DNA of 64,000 nt from contig OZ242383.1 of the NCBI GenBank assembly GCA_965209155.1, forward strand, positions 1,184,001-1,248,000, written 5' to 3'. Each line of letters begins with the position of its first letter. Position 1 is the first letter of the stretch. Origin of the DNA: a bacterium. Lineage in GTDB: Bacteria; SAR324; NAC60-12. The translations under genes were made by a program, and so were the position numbers. A model generated the notes under the pieces. It ran no database searches, had not been told where the DNA came from, and was given only the letters and a program-made list of their open reading frames with translations. This document shows positions 53,326 through 63,309 of the stretch, in pieces.

Positions 53326-53727
53326 GAACGGGGGTCTGGCTTGAAAGTTTGGAAAATTAGTTTTATTTTTTTCTTCAAATCGATTTGACTTTCCTTCTCA
53401 TTGGTTTCTGAAGAAGGCTCGTCAACCACGCCTTTACTATCCTGGTGCGCTTTAGCATGTGATGCTTCTGGCAATGGAGGGCAATCCATTTTTTTCTGTC
53501 CCCCCGACTATCGACCTTTTTATCACTTGCTCCCAGAAGCTTCCCAACGCTTTGATCATCGGATTCACGCCTTTTGTATAATGATCAATCAAACATGTCC
53601 CTCCCTGTTCTCCTCCTCTTTCAGGACGGATCATTCATCAAGTGGCTCGAGTTTATCAACTACCGGAGCAGGAATTAACCCGAGTTCGACATAAATCTTC
53701 AATAATAGGAGTATCCTGGCGTATATG

Positions 53728-54546
53728 ATAGGGGTCAGGAAGGCTTTCGCCTCCCTGCCCTCCGAACCGTGCATGCAGTTCTCCCGCACACGGCTCTCCA
53801 GTCGCTGGTTTCCTCATCGGGATTGGCTCGCTACCCATCGGGCTTCTTTCATGGTGAAAAGTCCGAGTTGTGCGAAGAAAAGATCCTTTGACTCCGTTAC
53901 CCAGAGCCGCCAACATACCTTCCGTCCATATCGTCGTTTCCACCCAACTCCACTGAGGAGAGGCTTCTGTTCCCGGGTTAGTCATCTCCGACACTTTGGA
54001 AACTCCTTTTTTTCTTGAGGATCAACTGCATGAACTTCTCGTATCCAACTTCCTACCCCGCTTCCCTCTTCGGAATTTTACTCTTTCCGCGTTTCATGAA
54101 GCCTGTTTGTCAATTTAGGTTCGTGTTTGTTTTCCCCGTTTCCATCTGGTTTCCCGATGGTGTCACAATATCCTCACCCTCTTGCCAAACAAAACTCCAT
54201 TACGGTACTATCAGGGTTCTGACTCCTCTACCTCTCACCAAAGGCAGAGGTCTCCCTAGTTATCTCGCTTAAACTTCCTGATGTTCCGTCCCCAACCACG
54301 TTATGCGCCTGACCCCCGTTTTATCCACCACTACAACGGGATCAGTGAGTTTCAGACTTCGCCACGAATGAGCAAGCTCGTCGCTAACATGCCGCCGAAT
54401 CGGGTTCGTTCTCCTACGGACCACCAGTTCGCCTCCGGTTGCTCCCCACCCCGCCTCATGGCGACGCAGTTACCTTCGACTACATGGCTGTGGTTTACCA
54501 TGACACGGACTTTCACCGTGCTGATTAAACGCCTTCCCAGGCGCAC
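53728..54546 (-). ncRNA. Group II intron with internally deleted IEP (copy 1)
   Basis: 5' GTGCG; domain V GAGCCGTGTGCGGGAGAACTGCATGCACGGTTC; 3' ACCCCTAT; IEP N-terminus WVETTIWTEGMLAALGNGVKG joined to C-terminus FFAQLGLFTMKEA..SQSR. Confidence 0.9.
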
Positions 54547-54623
54547 TCATTCCGGGCGAAGACCCGGAATCCAGATTTCAGTCTGGCTGCATACCTCTGG
54601 ATTCCTGATCAAGCCAGGAATGA
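54547..54623. repeat. REP-like double palindrome forming the intron 5' exon
   Basis: TCATTCCGGGCGAAGACCCGGAATCC..TGGATTCCTGATCAAGCCAGGAATGAC. Confidence 0.85.
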
Positions 54624-54952
54624 CACGATTTCTCTGCAGTCACGAAAGTTGAGTGAAGCCCGCGTGATGATTGGCCTGTTGGCATTCGATTGGAAGTCCG
54701 CGACGATTCGGGAGGTAGGAAAAGTTTTCAATCGAGATTATTCGACGATCCGCTTTGCAGTGCACCGCTTGAGACGATGTCTGAAGGAATTCCAGGAGCT
54801 CTAAATTCAATCAGAAGAACTGAAACGTCAAATATTTACTTGAAGATTCAAACTTTCAGAGCCAGACCCCCTTTCCTTGGAAATTCCTCTAATGAGTGAG
54901 CGACCCCATTGACCGGAGTTGTCTTAACAAGTCAATATCAAATGGACTTAAC

Positions 54953-55441
54953 CTATTTTGCAGTAGAATTCGGTATAATTCTACGTCGCTGCATGAATAG
55001 GACTGGGAAACCATAACTCTCTCCAGAAACATGGTGGAGTTTTTGATGTCTGATGTCTTCCAACTGTCCAAGTTTGCTCGTCCATGTTCCGTCGGATAGT
55101 TGCCGTGTAGCGTGAGTAGGCAATCCGTCAGTGTCAGCGAAAATAGCAACTTTCTCAATTCCGACCTTGAAATTTGTATCTTGGCAAACTTCGAATCCAA
55201 GTCTTCGAAAGACTTCAGCGTATGCCTCCACCGTGTATTGTCGAGGCACGTTTTGTGGCCAATAATAAGAATTATCAGGATCTGGTTCCCACCAACGAGT
55301 ATCATCTCCTGCAGCCCAAGCGATACAGTTGTAACCCGATTCTGCCGAACTGGTAATTTGATATTCAGTGCCACGGAGTTTTGGAAACAAGCATTCCAAT
55401 TTCAAAATAAAAACCCTTTTTTTCGCGCCCAATTCAACCAA
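54953..55441 (-). CDS. Hypothetical protein with possible Cys-His peptidase-like fold
   Basis: YNCIAWA..WWEP..YWP..THATRQL..WTSKLG. Confidence 0.6.
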   Translation of the reverse strand: MVELGAKKRVFILKLECLFPKLRGTEYQITSSAESGYNCIAWAAGDDTRWWEPDPDNSYYWPQNVPRQYTVEAYAEVFRRLGFEVCQDTNFKVGIEKVAIFADTDGLPTHATRQLSDGTWTSKLGQLEDIRHQKLHHVSGESYGFPVLFMQRRRIIPNSTAK

Positions 55442-55851
55442 TCCTGAGCCATCTCTTCAATTACCCCCTGGTGATCTGGCAGCACGGGATCATCTTGGCT
55501 AATTGCCCGAAGAGCCCAAAACCAGTGTCCTGGCTTATTTTTCAGTTCTCTTAGAATCAATGGTAACGCGCTTGGCCCCATACCTACAATTTGTTGATAA
55601 GCAGGATGCAAAACGACTTCTCGGACTGAAGAAAGATGAGCGCATTCCTCATGCACTATTTCTACGAGACGATGGAATCGCTGGGTTAAGGTATCTGGCT
55701 GGGAACTCCATTCTGTTTCCAATGTAATTGAGGTAGTAAACCCCTTCTCTCTTCCCAAAGTCAAAAGATCCGAAAGCCCAATTTGCATTGTCTGCTCGGA
55801 CACATACATGTCGTGTGACCAATTATCTCGTAACGGTACAATACCAGTCAT
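55402..55851 (-). CDS. Conserved hypothetical protein
   Basis: HPAYQQIVGMG..LPLILREL..HWFWAL; overlaps the downstream gene. Confidence 0.65.
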   Translation of the reverse strand: MTGIVPLRDNWSHDMYVSEQTMQIGLSDLLTLGREKGFTTSITLETEWSSQPDTLTQRFHRLVEIVHEECAHLSSVREVVLHPAYQQIVGMGPSALPLILRELKNKPGHWFWALRAISQDDPVLPDHQGVIEEMAQDWLNWARKKGFLF

Positions 55852-55853
55852 TT

Positions 55854-56633
55854 TTAATCCTCCTGATCGAACAGTTTGCGAAGTAGGTCTGTGATACTGT
55901 CCTCAAATGCCTTCACTACGTTCTCATGCGCTCGTTGGATCTCCCTTTTCAACTCGATTCCATCTGAAGAAGTATCAGGTGTGAAGATGTCGTACAGATC
56001 CAACAAAAAAACTTGCTTATTATCCATTGCCTGTCGGGGAGTAGTTCCGAACGTGATGAACACCACATGCGCTTGTTCGGTTTGAGGAATTTCCACTCGA
56101 ACGAGAAAGGGACCATGAACGTTCCCCAGAGATTCTGGAAGTTTCGGGTAAATCATGAAATAGTCCTCCATAGCAACCTGAGTCCCCGGAATTTCTATTC
56201 GATTGATATAACGTATTCCACATTGATCAATTTTCTGAGGCGCAGCAATCTTTTTGTATAATTCCAACGCATTGCGCACTACCAACTCCCACTCCGCAAA
56301 GTGTTGATAGGGGCGTAACTGATTGACTACAAGAAGATTCTCTGCAATCTGTATCATACGGTCACCTCGTTCAGAGACTAATTGAATCCACGGTAGCTTC
56401 TGCGCACCAGCAGTGGACGCCTCTCGTCCCAGAGTGATTTGTGCTTGCCGGACCTCTCGTTGCTGTTTCTTGGGAAAGTCTTGCTTGACATTTTCGTAAA
56501 AGATTCCGGGAATCGTATCGTCCCACTTCGAATCGCGGAAATATATTTCACACAACGCTTCAACGACCGGGGGTTTTTGGTAGTTTCTTTGCGCACCCAT
56601 TATGATTCCATTTCTGAAACAAATTACCTTCAT
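55854..56633 (-). CDS. TIGR04255-family protein
   Basis: YQKPPVVEALCEI, GIRYINRI, LLDLY, AFEDSITD. Confidence 0.8.
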   Translation of the reverse strand: MKVICFRNGIIMGAQRNYQKPPVVEALCEIYFRDSKWDDTIPGIFYENVKQDFPKKQQREVRQAQITLGREASTAGAQKLPWIQLVSERGDRMIQIAENLLVVNQLRPYQHFAEWELVVRNALELYKKIAAPQKIDQCGIRYINRIEIPGTQVAMEDYFMIYPKLPESLGNVHGPFLVRVEIPQTEQAHVVFITFGTTPRQAMDNKQVFLLDLYDIFTPDTSSDGIELKREIQRAHENVVKAFEDSITDLLRKLFDQED

Positions 56634-56639
56634 TCGCTC

Positions 56640-56745
56640 ACTGATAACCGCAGGTCAATCCATAGAGCTTCTCTTGCGAGAATCACGAGTCCCTCTCTAA
56701 AAATCAGTGACCATGGCTATTGATTTTTGCCAGACAATTCAATCC
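56640..56745 (-). pseudogene. Four-helix-bundle gene fragment homologous to 30461-30545
   Basis: GTCTGGCAAAAATCAATAGCCATGGTCACTGATT shared. Confidence 0.65.
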
Positions 56746-56959
56746 CAAATGCTCTTTCTGAATCTTGTCCAAATGCGCTTGTCAGATCGCTTGGCGTATG
56801 CGAGACGGCTCGCGAGGCATAACGACAGCGCGTCCAAGGGACTGTATTTCACAGGGGAATAATTAGGTTTGAACTGGGAATAGGCAATTGAGGAATGCAT
56901 AGGCGTCTCCTAGTAATCCAAGACCTTATTGTACGTCAACCGATGCCAAAGTCAATTCG

Positions 56960-57071
56960 AGAGGGCTTCCAAGTGTCGACGTTTGAAGGAATCCCAGGGG
57001 CTCCAAAATCAATTAAAGGAACTGAAACGCCAAATACTTGCTTGAAGTTTCAAACTTCCAAGCCAGACCCC
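56960..57071 (+). mobile_element. Solo right end of the RAYT-type element
   Basis: Similar to 54770-54870; ends AAGCCAGACCCC. Confidence 0.7.
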
Positions 57072-57315
57072 TTTTTTCGATATTTTCCAAATGCTTGAGA
57101 AGGGTTTCTTGATTTTCCATTGCTCGCTCACCACGTGATATTATCGGGATTGAAGACTTTCCCACCCCATTGCGATTCCAGAAAATATTTAGGAATTTCT
57201 TTTTGCTTTTTGGGTGACAACTCGTTCTCCCCGGATTCTATATCTTTCGGCTCGTCCTTCTTCCCGAGCCGTTTTTCTGTATTGGTTTTTTTCATTTTAC
57301 TCCTCGTCTTTGAGT

Positions 57316-58200
57316 TTAAAAATAACGACGAATACCGATTAACAAAAGGTGAAGCTCTACTTTGGTTTCTGATTCGACTTTGATTGTATACGTATCGGGT
57401 GAACTGGGTGAACGGGGTACAGTTATGTTACCACTGTACTTAACTGTGTCTGTAATCTGATAACGATATCCCAAATCTATTGTTGTGAAATCATCGAATT
57501 GAAATTCCAAACCCGCACCGATTTGGTATGCGATTACCGTATCGGAAGTAGAAGTTCTTGGTACTGGTGAAAGTGCAAGGCCATGTTTTATAAATCCTTC
57601 CAGTTCGTTTTGAGGCTCTATCGCCTCAGCGATTGCTTTTGATACAATTGTAGGATCCCACTTCACACGCCCAATATCCACGTCCATAAATCCAATTCCC
57701 CCTCCGAAATATGGCGTCCATTGCGACCTGGAAACAACATCATACCACGCATTGATCATCACACCTTGCTGCTCGGCAGTGCCTCCGGCCGTGGTATCAG
57801 AAATTTTCCCTATCTTATTGCAAGCCGATTGAACTGCTTGCAAAATTCCACCACAAGATAATTTGCCATATACCAATTTATCAACTTTGGCTTCGCTGAA
57901 AAACAACTCACTTTCTATACGCAGAGTGGGCTCGACTTGATAACCAATAGCTCCACTCACTCTGAAACCCGTGCTATATCCTGTAACCGCTTCTGTTCCA
58001 AAATTACTGGATAATGCTCCGGTCGAATTGGTTTTTGTATCCGTTGGTGAATCATTCAGAAACATAATCGGGATTTTTGCACCAAGATACCATTTGGAAT
58101 CCGTTTCTTCCGCATAGACATAGGGTGTAAAAATTACTACAATACAAAAAGCAAGTGACGCGATTGCCACAATTCGCTTATTAAGTTTATATTTTCTCAT
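57316..58200 (-). CDS. Outer-membrane beta-barrel protein (opacity/porin-like)
   Basis: Signal peptide, GAIGY..RIESE, PYFGGGIG, AYQIGAG, terminal YF. Confidence 0.8.
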   Translation of the reverse strand: MRKYKLNKRIVAIASLAFCIVVIFTPYVYAEETDSKWYLGAKIPIMFLNDSPTDTKTNSTGALSSNFGTEAVTGYSTGFRVSGAIGYQVEPTLRIESELFFSEAKVDKLVYGKLSCGGILQAVQSACNKIGKISDTTAGGTAEQQGVMINAWYDVVSRSQWTPYFGGGIGFMDVDIGRVKWDPTIVSKAIAEAIEPQNELEGFIKHGLALSPVPRTSTSDTVIAYQIGAGLEFQFDDFTTIDLGYRYQITDTVKYSGNITVPRSPSSPDTYTIKVESETKVELHLLLIGIRRYF

Positions 58201-58490
58201 TTTGCAACTCCTATCTCAAATTGCCCTTGTTCCGGGTTCATTAATTAAATCCGCCATAGGTGAATTATTGAATACAAGAAGGTGGGTTAATGCCTCGTAC
58301 AGAATCAACCCACCGTTTCGCCCTATAATAAAGTAACAAGGCTATTCAAGCTTGCCGTTGACCAGGACCTTGTAAGAAGGGAACTAAACCAGATCAAACC
58401 GAGCCGGAATGTGGGAACTCCGGGGCCCGATCCAATGAAAAGATAACACTCGGAATCAGAATGTAACCGCCCGGAGCATATAGTTCGAAT

Positions 58491-58724
58491 TTAAAACTCC
58501 GCTCTAATAATGAATTGATACAATTTTTCACCACCAGTATCTGTATATTCAAATCGTAGATTATCACTCAAATCAAACCCAAAGCCTCTACGACCTTCCA
58601 TTGAATTTACGATAAGTCCAGCTAAATCTTTTTTCATCTCTTCACTGATTTCTCCAAATTCCCCATTAAAGGCATGTTCTAAATCCCTCCCTATTCTTCT
58701 TACTTTATCTTCAATATTTCCCAT
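58491..58724 (-). CDS. Small hypothetical protein
   Basis: AT-rich ORF with AAGGA RBS. Confidence 0.45.
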   Translation of the reverse strand: MGNIEDKVRRIGRDLEHAFNGEFGEISEEMKKDLAGLIVNSMEGRRGFGFDLSDNLRFEYTDTGGEKLYQFIIRAEF

Positions 58725-58760
58725 AATTTAATCCTTTTTGGTTGATATTTGGCAATAAAA

Positions 58761-58985
58761 TTAGAAAAATTCGTTTTCAAAATATTTCATTACAGGGTGT
58801 ATAGCGTTATAAATATCTTTTGAAAAATGAGTTTGCAGGTATGTATATATTTCGGTAAATGAACTCTTATTAACATAGACATTTATGTCTTCATCCCCTA
58901 TAATTAGTATTGCATCGATTTTTATTAATCCCGGTTCACCGGGAATATATTCTATAGAATATTTCCGAATTAGATGAGTTTTCAT
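58761..58985 (-). CDS. Small hypothetical protein
   Basis: AT-rich ORF co-oriented with its neighbour. Confidence 0.4.
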   Translation of the reverse strand: MKTHLIRKYSIEYIPGEPGLIKIDAILIIGDEDINVYVNKSSFTEIYTYLQTHFSKDIYNAIHPVMKYFENEFF

Positions 58986-59197
58986 TAAACTTCCAAAAAA
59001 TATGATTACGCAAAATTGGCCAAGACCTTTTTTAGTTTCAAAAGCTCGGGAGTTACTTTTGACCTACACTCGTATTCTTTCCAATTCTCTTCAGATTGAA
59101 CCGATTTAATAGTTTCCATGGGGCCTCCTCATGGTTAGGCCCCATATTTCCCACGATTCCGCCCACAAGTCAACCTTTTTTCCACAAAAAAAACAGC

Positions 59198-59488
59198 GAT
59201 GAAGCGGCGAACAATGAAATCCTTTGCAGAGATGCAAAGGAAATCAACGGAGCTAGTGGAGCCAAGGGACTTGGCCGAGAGAAATTCTGCTTACCCTCCT
59301 GTGCCCGGAACCCAGGGTCCGGTAAAATCAGAGAGTGGTTTAGGCAGGGTACGCCAAACGGCGAATCAACGTTTGAGCGTCTGACTCGAGGCAGGAGCCG
59401 GATGCGTTAGTAGCGCTCGTCCGGATCTGTGCCGGAGGAATGACGAAAGGTGGCTCAAAACCACTATAAGTCAGTTCTTTACGGTGAC
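59198..59488 (+). ncRNA. 5'-truncated ORF-less group II intron (domains III-VI) of a second lineage
   Basis: DIII-like GAAGCGGCGAACAA..GGAG..GTGGAGCCAAGGG; DV GAGCCGGATGCG..CGCTCGTCCGGATC at 59395-59427; ends TACGGTGAC. Confidence 0.75.
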
Positions 59489-60982
59489 TGAAAGTTTGGA
59501 AAATTAGCGTTATTTTATTCTTTAAATCGATTTGACATTCCTTCTCTCTGGTTTCTGAAGGTGGCTCGTCAACCACGGCTTTACTATCTTGGTGCTTTTT
59601 ACCATGTGATGCTTCGTGGCAATGGAGGGCAACCCATTTTTTTCAGTCCCCTCGACTATTGACATTTTTATCACTTGCTCCAAGAAGGTTTCCAACGCTT
59701 TGATCATCGGACTCGTGCCTTTTGTTTTACGAGCAATCAAACATGCCCCTCCCTGTTCTCCTCCTCTTTCAGGACGGATCATTCATCAAGTGGCTCGCGT
59801 TTATCAACTACCGGAGCAGGAATTAACCCGAGTTCGACATAAATCTTCAATAATAGGAGTATCCTGGCGTATATGATAGGGGTCAGGAAGGCTTTCGCCT
59901 CCCTGCCCTCCGAACCGTGCATGCAGTTCTCCCGCACACGGCTCTCCAGTCGCTGGTTTCCTCATCGGGATTGGCTCGCTACCCATCGGGCTTCTTTCAT
60001 GGTGAAAAGTCCGAGTTGTGCGAAGAAAAGATCCTTTGACTCCGTTACCCAGAGCCGCCAACATACCTTCCGTCCATATCGTCGTTTCCACCCAACTCCA
60101 CTGAGGAGAGGCTTCTGTTCCCGGGTTAGTCATCTCCGACACTTTGGAAACTCCTTTTTTTCTTGAGGATCAACTGCATGAACTTCTCGTATCCAACTTC
60201 CTACCCCGCTTCCCTCTTCGGAATTTTACTCTTTCCGCGTTTCATGAAGCCTGTTTGTCAATTTAGGTTCGTGTTTGTTTTCCCCGTTTCCATCTGGTTT
60301 CCCGATGGTGTCACAATATCCTCACCCTCTTGCCAAACAAAACTCCATTACGGTACTATCAGGGTTCTGACTCCTCTACCTCTCACCAAAGGCAGAGGTC
60401 TCCCTAGTTATCTCGCTTAAACTTCCTGATGTTCCGTCCCCAACCACGTTATGCGCCTGACCCCCGTTTTATCCACCACTACAACGGGATCAGTGAGTTT
60501 CAGACTTCGCCACGAATGAGCAAGCTCGTCGCTAACATGCCGCCGAATCGGGTTCGTTCTCCTACGGACCACCAGTTCGCCTCCGGTTGCTCCCCACCCC
60601 GCCTCATGGCGACGCAGTTACCTTCGACTACATGGCTGTGGTTTACCATGACACGGACTTTCACCGTGCTGATTAAACGCCTTCCCAGGCGCACTCATTC
60701 CGGGCGAAGACCCGGAATCCGGATTTCAGTCTGGCTGCCTACCTCTGGATTCCTGGTCAAGCCAGGAATGACGAGGATTCTCTGCAGTCGCGAAATTGGA
60801 GTGACGCCTGTGCGATGATTGGCCTGTTGGCTTTCGATTGGGAATCCGCAACGATCCGGGAAGTCGGAAAAGTTTTTCATCGAGATGATTCGACGATCCG
60901 CTTTGCAGTGCACCGCTTGAGACGACGTTTGACTGAAACGTCAAATATTTACTTGAAGATTCAAACTTTCTAGCCAGACCCC
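59489..60982 (+). mobile_element. Decayed RAYT-type element, copy 2
   Basis: VARQPRLYYLGAFYHVMLRGNGGQPIFF; ends GCCAGACCCC. Confidence 0.75.
59876..60694 (-). ncRNA. Group II intron with internally deleted IEP (copy 2)
   Basis: Appears identical to 53728-54546 (offset 6148). Confidence 0.9.
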
Positions 60983-61251
60983 ATTTTCAACCATGAAACC
61001 GTCAACCACAGCAAAAAGGACTATGTCCGTGGACATGTTACGACAAACGGAATCGATTCATTCTGGGCGGCACTGAAGAGAGGACAATACGGCACCTACC
61101 ATCACTTCAGCAATAAGCACCTGGGGAGGTACGTCACAGAATTCTCCGGAAGGCAAAACATGAGAGACCTTGACACGATTGATCAAATGGCTCTAATAGC
61201 CAATAAAATGATCGGACAAAAGCTCTCTTACAAGAATTTGATTTCGGATTA
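60983..61251 (+). pseudogene. IS1595-family transposase C-terminal fragment
   Basis: HETVNHS..YVRGHVTTNGIDSFWAALKRGQYGTYHHFSNKHLGRYVTEF. Confidence 0.85.
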
Positions 61252-61270
61252 AATTACAACGATAAACGGA

Positions 61271-61549
61271 TTATCCGGAGAAAAATAACAGTTTCCCAAC
61301 AGCACCCACTAGAGAAACTACGACTGCCGCAAAAAGCCAGTTCAGATACCATAAACGCGCATTAATGCTTTTTTCCATTCCATCAACTCGCCCTTCCAGT
61401 CTAACAACTGATTCGGATAAATTACCATGGTCTCTTTGCAAACTATCGAAACGCCGGTCCACATCGTTTTTTAGATTATCCAAGCGTTCGTTTACCCGTT
61501 TATCCATATCCTGGATCATTTTATAAACGTGCTCAATCGTTATCTCCAT
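61271..61549 (-). CDS. Small coiled-coil protein with C-terminal TM helix
   Basis: Heptad pattern followed by a hydrophobic tail. Confidence 0.6.
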   Translation of the reverse strand: MEITIEHVYKMIQDMDKRVNERLDNLKNDVDRRFDSLQRDHGNLSESVVRLEGRVDGMEKSINARLWYLNWLFAAVVVSLVGAVGKLLFFSG

Positions 61550-61594
61550 AAAATACCTTAATCGACATACTCATGTTTAAATTGTGGTATATTC

Positions 61595-61933
61595 CTATCC
61601 CACGAAAAGAATGTCATTTTTTATGCAATAAATATTCAAGTGCATCATGCGGTTCCTGTTAAAATCTTCCTGGATGACCTGGAAAACATATCTTATATCT
61701 TCGTCAGACTGTTCACCAAATCTATCTGCCATCCTCTGACCAAGATTCTGCCATGTTAATTTACGAAAGTTAACTTTCTTAAATGGTTTCCCTGCAATTA
61801 ACTGATTCCAACCCCAGCGGAAATCATTATAAGAAAGGTCTTTGATATCACTCTTGTAATCAGTTTGTCTATCATCCTCCGTAATAATACGATCCAATTC
61901 ACTCATTACTTGCAAATAAGTCACCCGATTCAT
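61595..61933 (-). CDS. Hypothetical protein
   Basis: 112-aa ORF with AGGGG RBS. Confidence 0.5.
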   Translation of the reverse strand: MNRVTYLQVMSELDRIITEDDRQTDYKSDIKDLSYNDFRWGWNQLIAGKPFKKVNFRKLTWQNLGQRMADRFGEQSDEDIRYVFQVIQEDFNRNRMMHLNIYCIKNDILFVG

Positions 61934-62326
61934 ATTATTCCCCTTTATAGTATTTGGGTTTTATCCGATTTGCAACATAATTTTCCTGATGGGAAACAGT
62001 CACTCAATTCCATATAGGCATTATGGGCCTTTAGAACGATCTCATCCAGTCTCCCCCTTTCGTGCAAATTCCAGCCAGCCTTTTTAGACTTCCTGTCTAT
62101 GAATCCCCTTGTCGAGAAAAGATCATCTGTCAATCTACCTACGTAATGAAACAGACCTGGTCTACCTCCCTGCATTTTTTATATAATCACGCACTCTTCG
62201 ATACTCTGCAATTGTTCTGGCGTGAATGCTAGGAGAGTACGCATATTCTCTTGAGTAGGGGAAAACTTAACCGGATCGATTTCCCTATACCTCTGAACTG
62301 TATTGGTTCCTATTTTCCAATCCGGG

Positions 62327-63238
62327 GAGATATAGTCGAAAGTTGGGGATGGACTAAATTTGAAGTTGGCGTACCCTTTTGATGGATTTTAACAAAAAGA
62401 GAATCAAATCAAAGAAAGGATACGCCGATGAGCAACTATAACGTGATTGATCTGGAGAAGCCAGAACAAATTATTGAAGATCATTTGAGTGAACTTTTGA
62501 GAGTGAAAGCCAGGAAGATACTTTCTGAAGCGCTGGAATTGGAGATGGAATTGTTCATGAAGGCATATCAGTCCTATCGACTCTCGGATGTACGTCAGCG
62601 AGTGGTTCGTCATGGCTATCATCCAGATCGGGAGATTCAGACGGGAATTGGTTCTGTATCCGTGAAAGTTCCTCGGAGCAAAGATCGTCAAAGCACCTCA
62701 TCAGAGGAAAGGATTCGATTTTCTTCCAAGTTGATCCCCCCTTATCTGAGGAAAAGTAAAAGTATTGAAGCACTGATTCCCTGTGAGAATGGATAAAGAT
62801 AAACAATGCCTCTTGGTGATTGTGGGGGCAACAGCAAATGGAGATAAAGAGCTCGTTGCCTTGGAAGACGGCTACCGGGAAAGTGAGCAATCCTGGAGGG
62901 AACTGCTGATGGATCTGAAGCACCGGGGATTGACTGAGGTCCCTAAAATCGCTGTGGGAGACGGAGCGATGGGATTTTGGAAAGCTTTGAAAAAAGTCTA
63001 TCCTCTGAATCCACCTTCGCTACTGTCAAACTGAGAACTGCAAAAGTCAGAGGTTGTTTCTCAAGAATTCCGTCTTGACGATGGCATTCAAATTAATGGA
63101 ATCCACTCAGAAAATGGGATACGCTTACATGGATTTAAACGATTAGCCGAAGTGATAGAGGGAGTGCAATTTGTCGATGGAATTCCTCAATACAGGATTG
63201 CCGCCTGAATTGCCATCCCCAGAATTTGACTATAACTC
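62327..63238 (+). mobile_element. IS256-family element, internally deleted pseudogene
   Basis: RHGYHPDREIQTGIG..VPR, LVIVGA..KELVALEDGYRES, AVGDGAMGFW; imperfect IRs GAGATATAGTCGAAAGTTGGGGATGG / CCATCCCCAGAATTTGACTATAACTC. Confidence 0.85.
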
Positions 63239-63309
63239 TTCTTTTCTCGTACAATTTGAAATATAAATTCCAAATTTAGTTCATTTATTTACTTTAAAAT
63301 TTGCCGATA

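Larger units (their letters stand above)
53331..54870 (+). mobile_element. Decayed RAYT-type (Y1/HUH transposase plus DnaA_C-like HTH) element, copy 1, containing a REP and a group II intron
   Basis: Inverted ends GGGGTCTGGC / GCCAGACCCC; GNGGQSIFF..HRIHAFCIM.N and SEARVMIGLL..IREVGKVFNRDYSTI remnants. Confidence 0.75.

Noticed and set aside
53331..53350. GGGGTCTG end as a Tn3 inverted repeat
   Set aside because: Similarity is limited to the first bases, there is no 38-bp IR, and the interior is a Y1/HUH remnant
53656..54652. ORFs of 112, 97, 85 and 123 aa, repeated at 59804-60818
   Set aside because: Incidental frames across intron RNA; only short IEP stubs are meaningful
58240..58480. Possible riboswitch upstream of the outer-membrane protein gene
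   Set aside because: Only an isolated hairpin; no riboswitch consensus recognised on the coding strand
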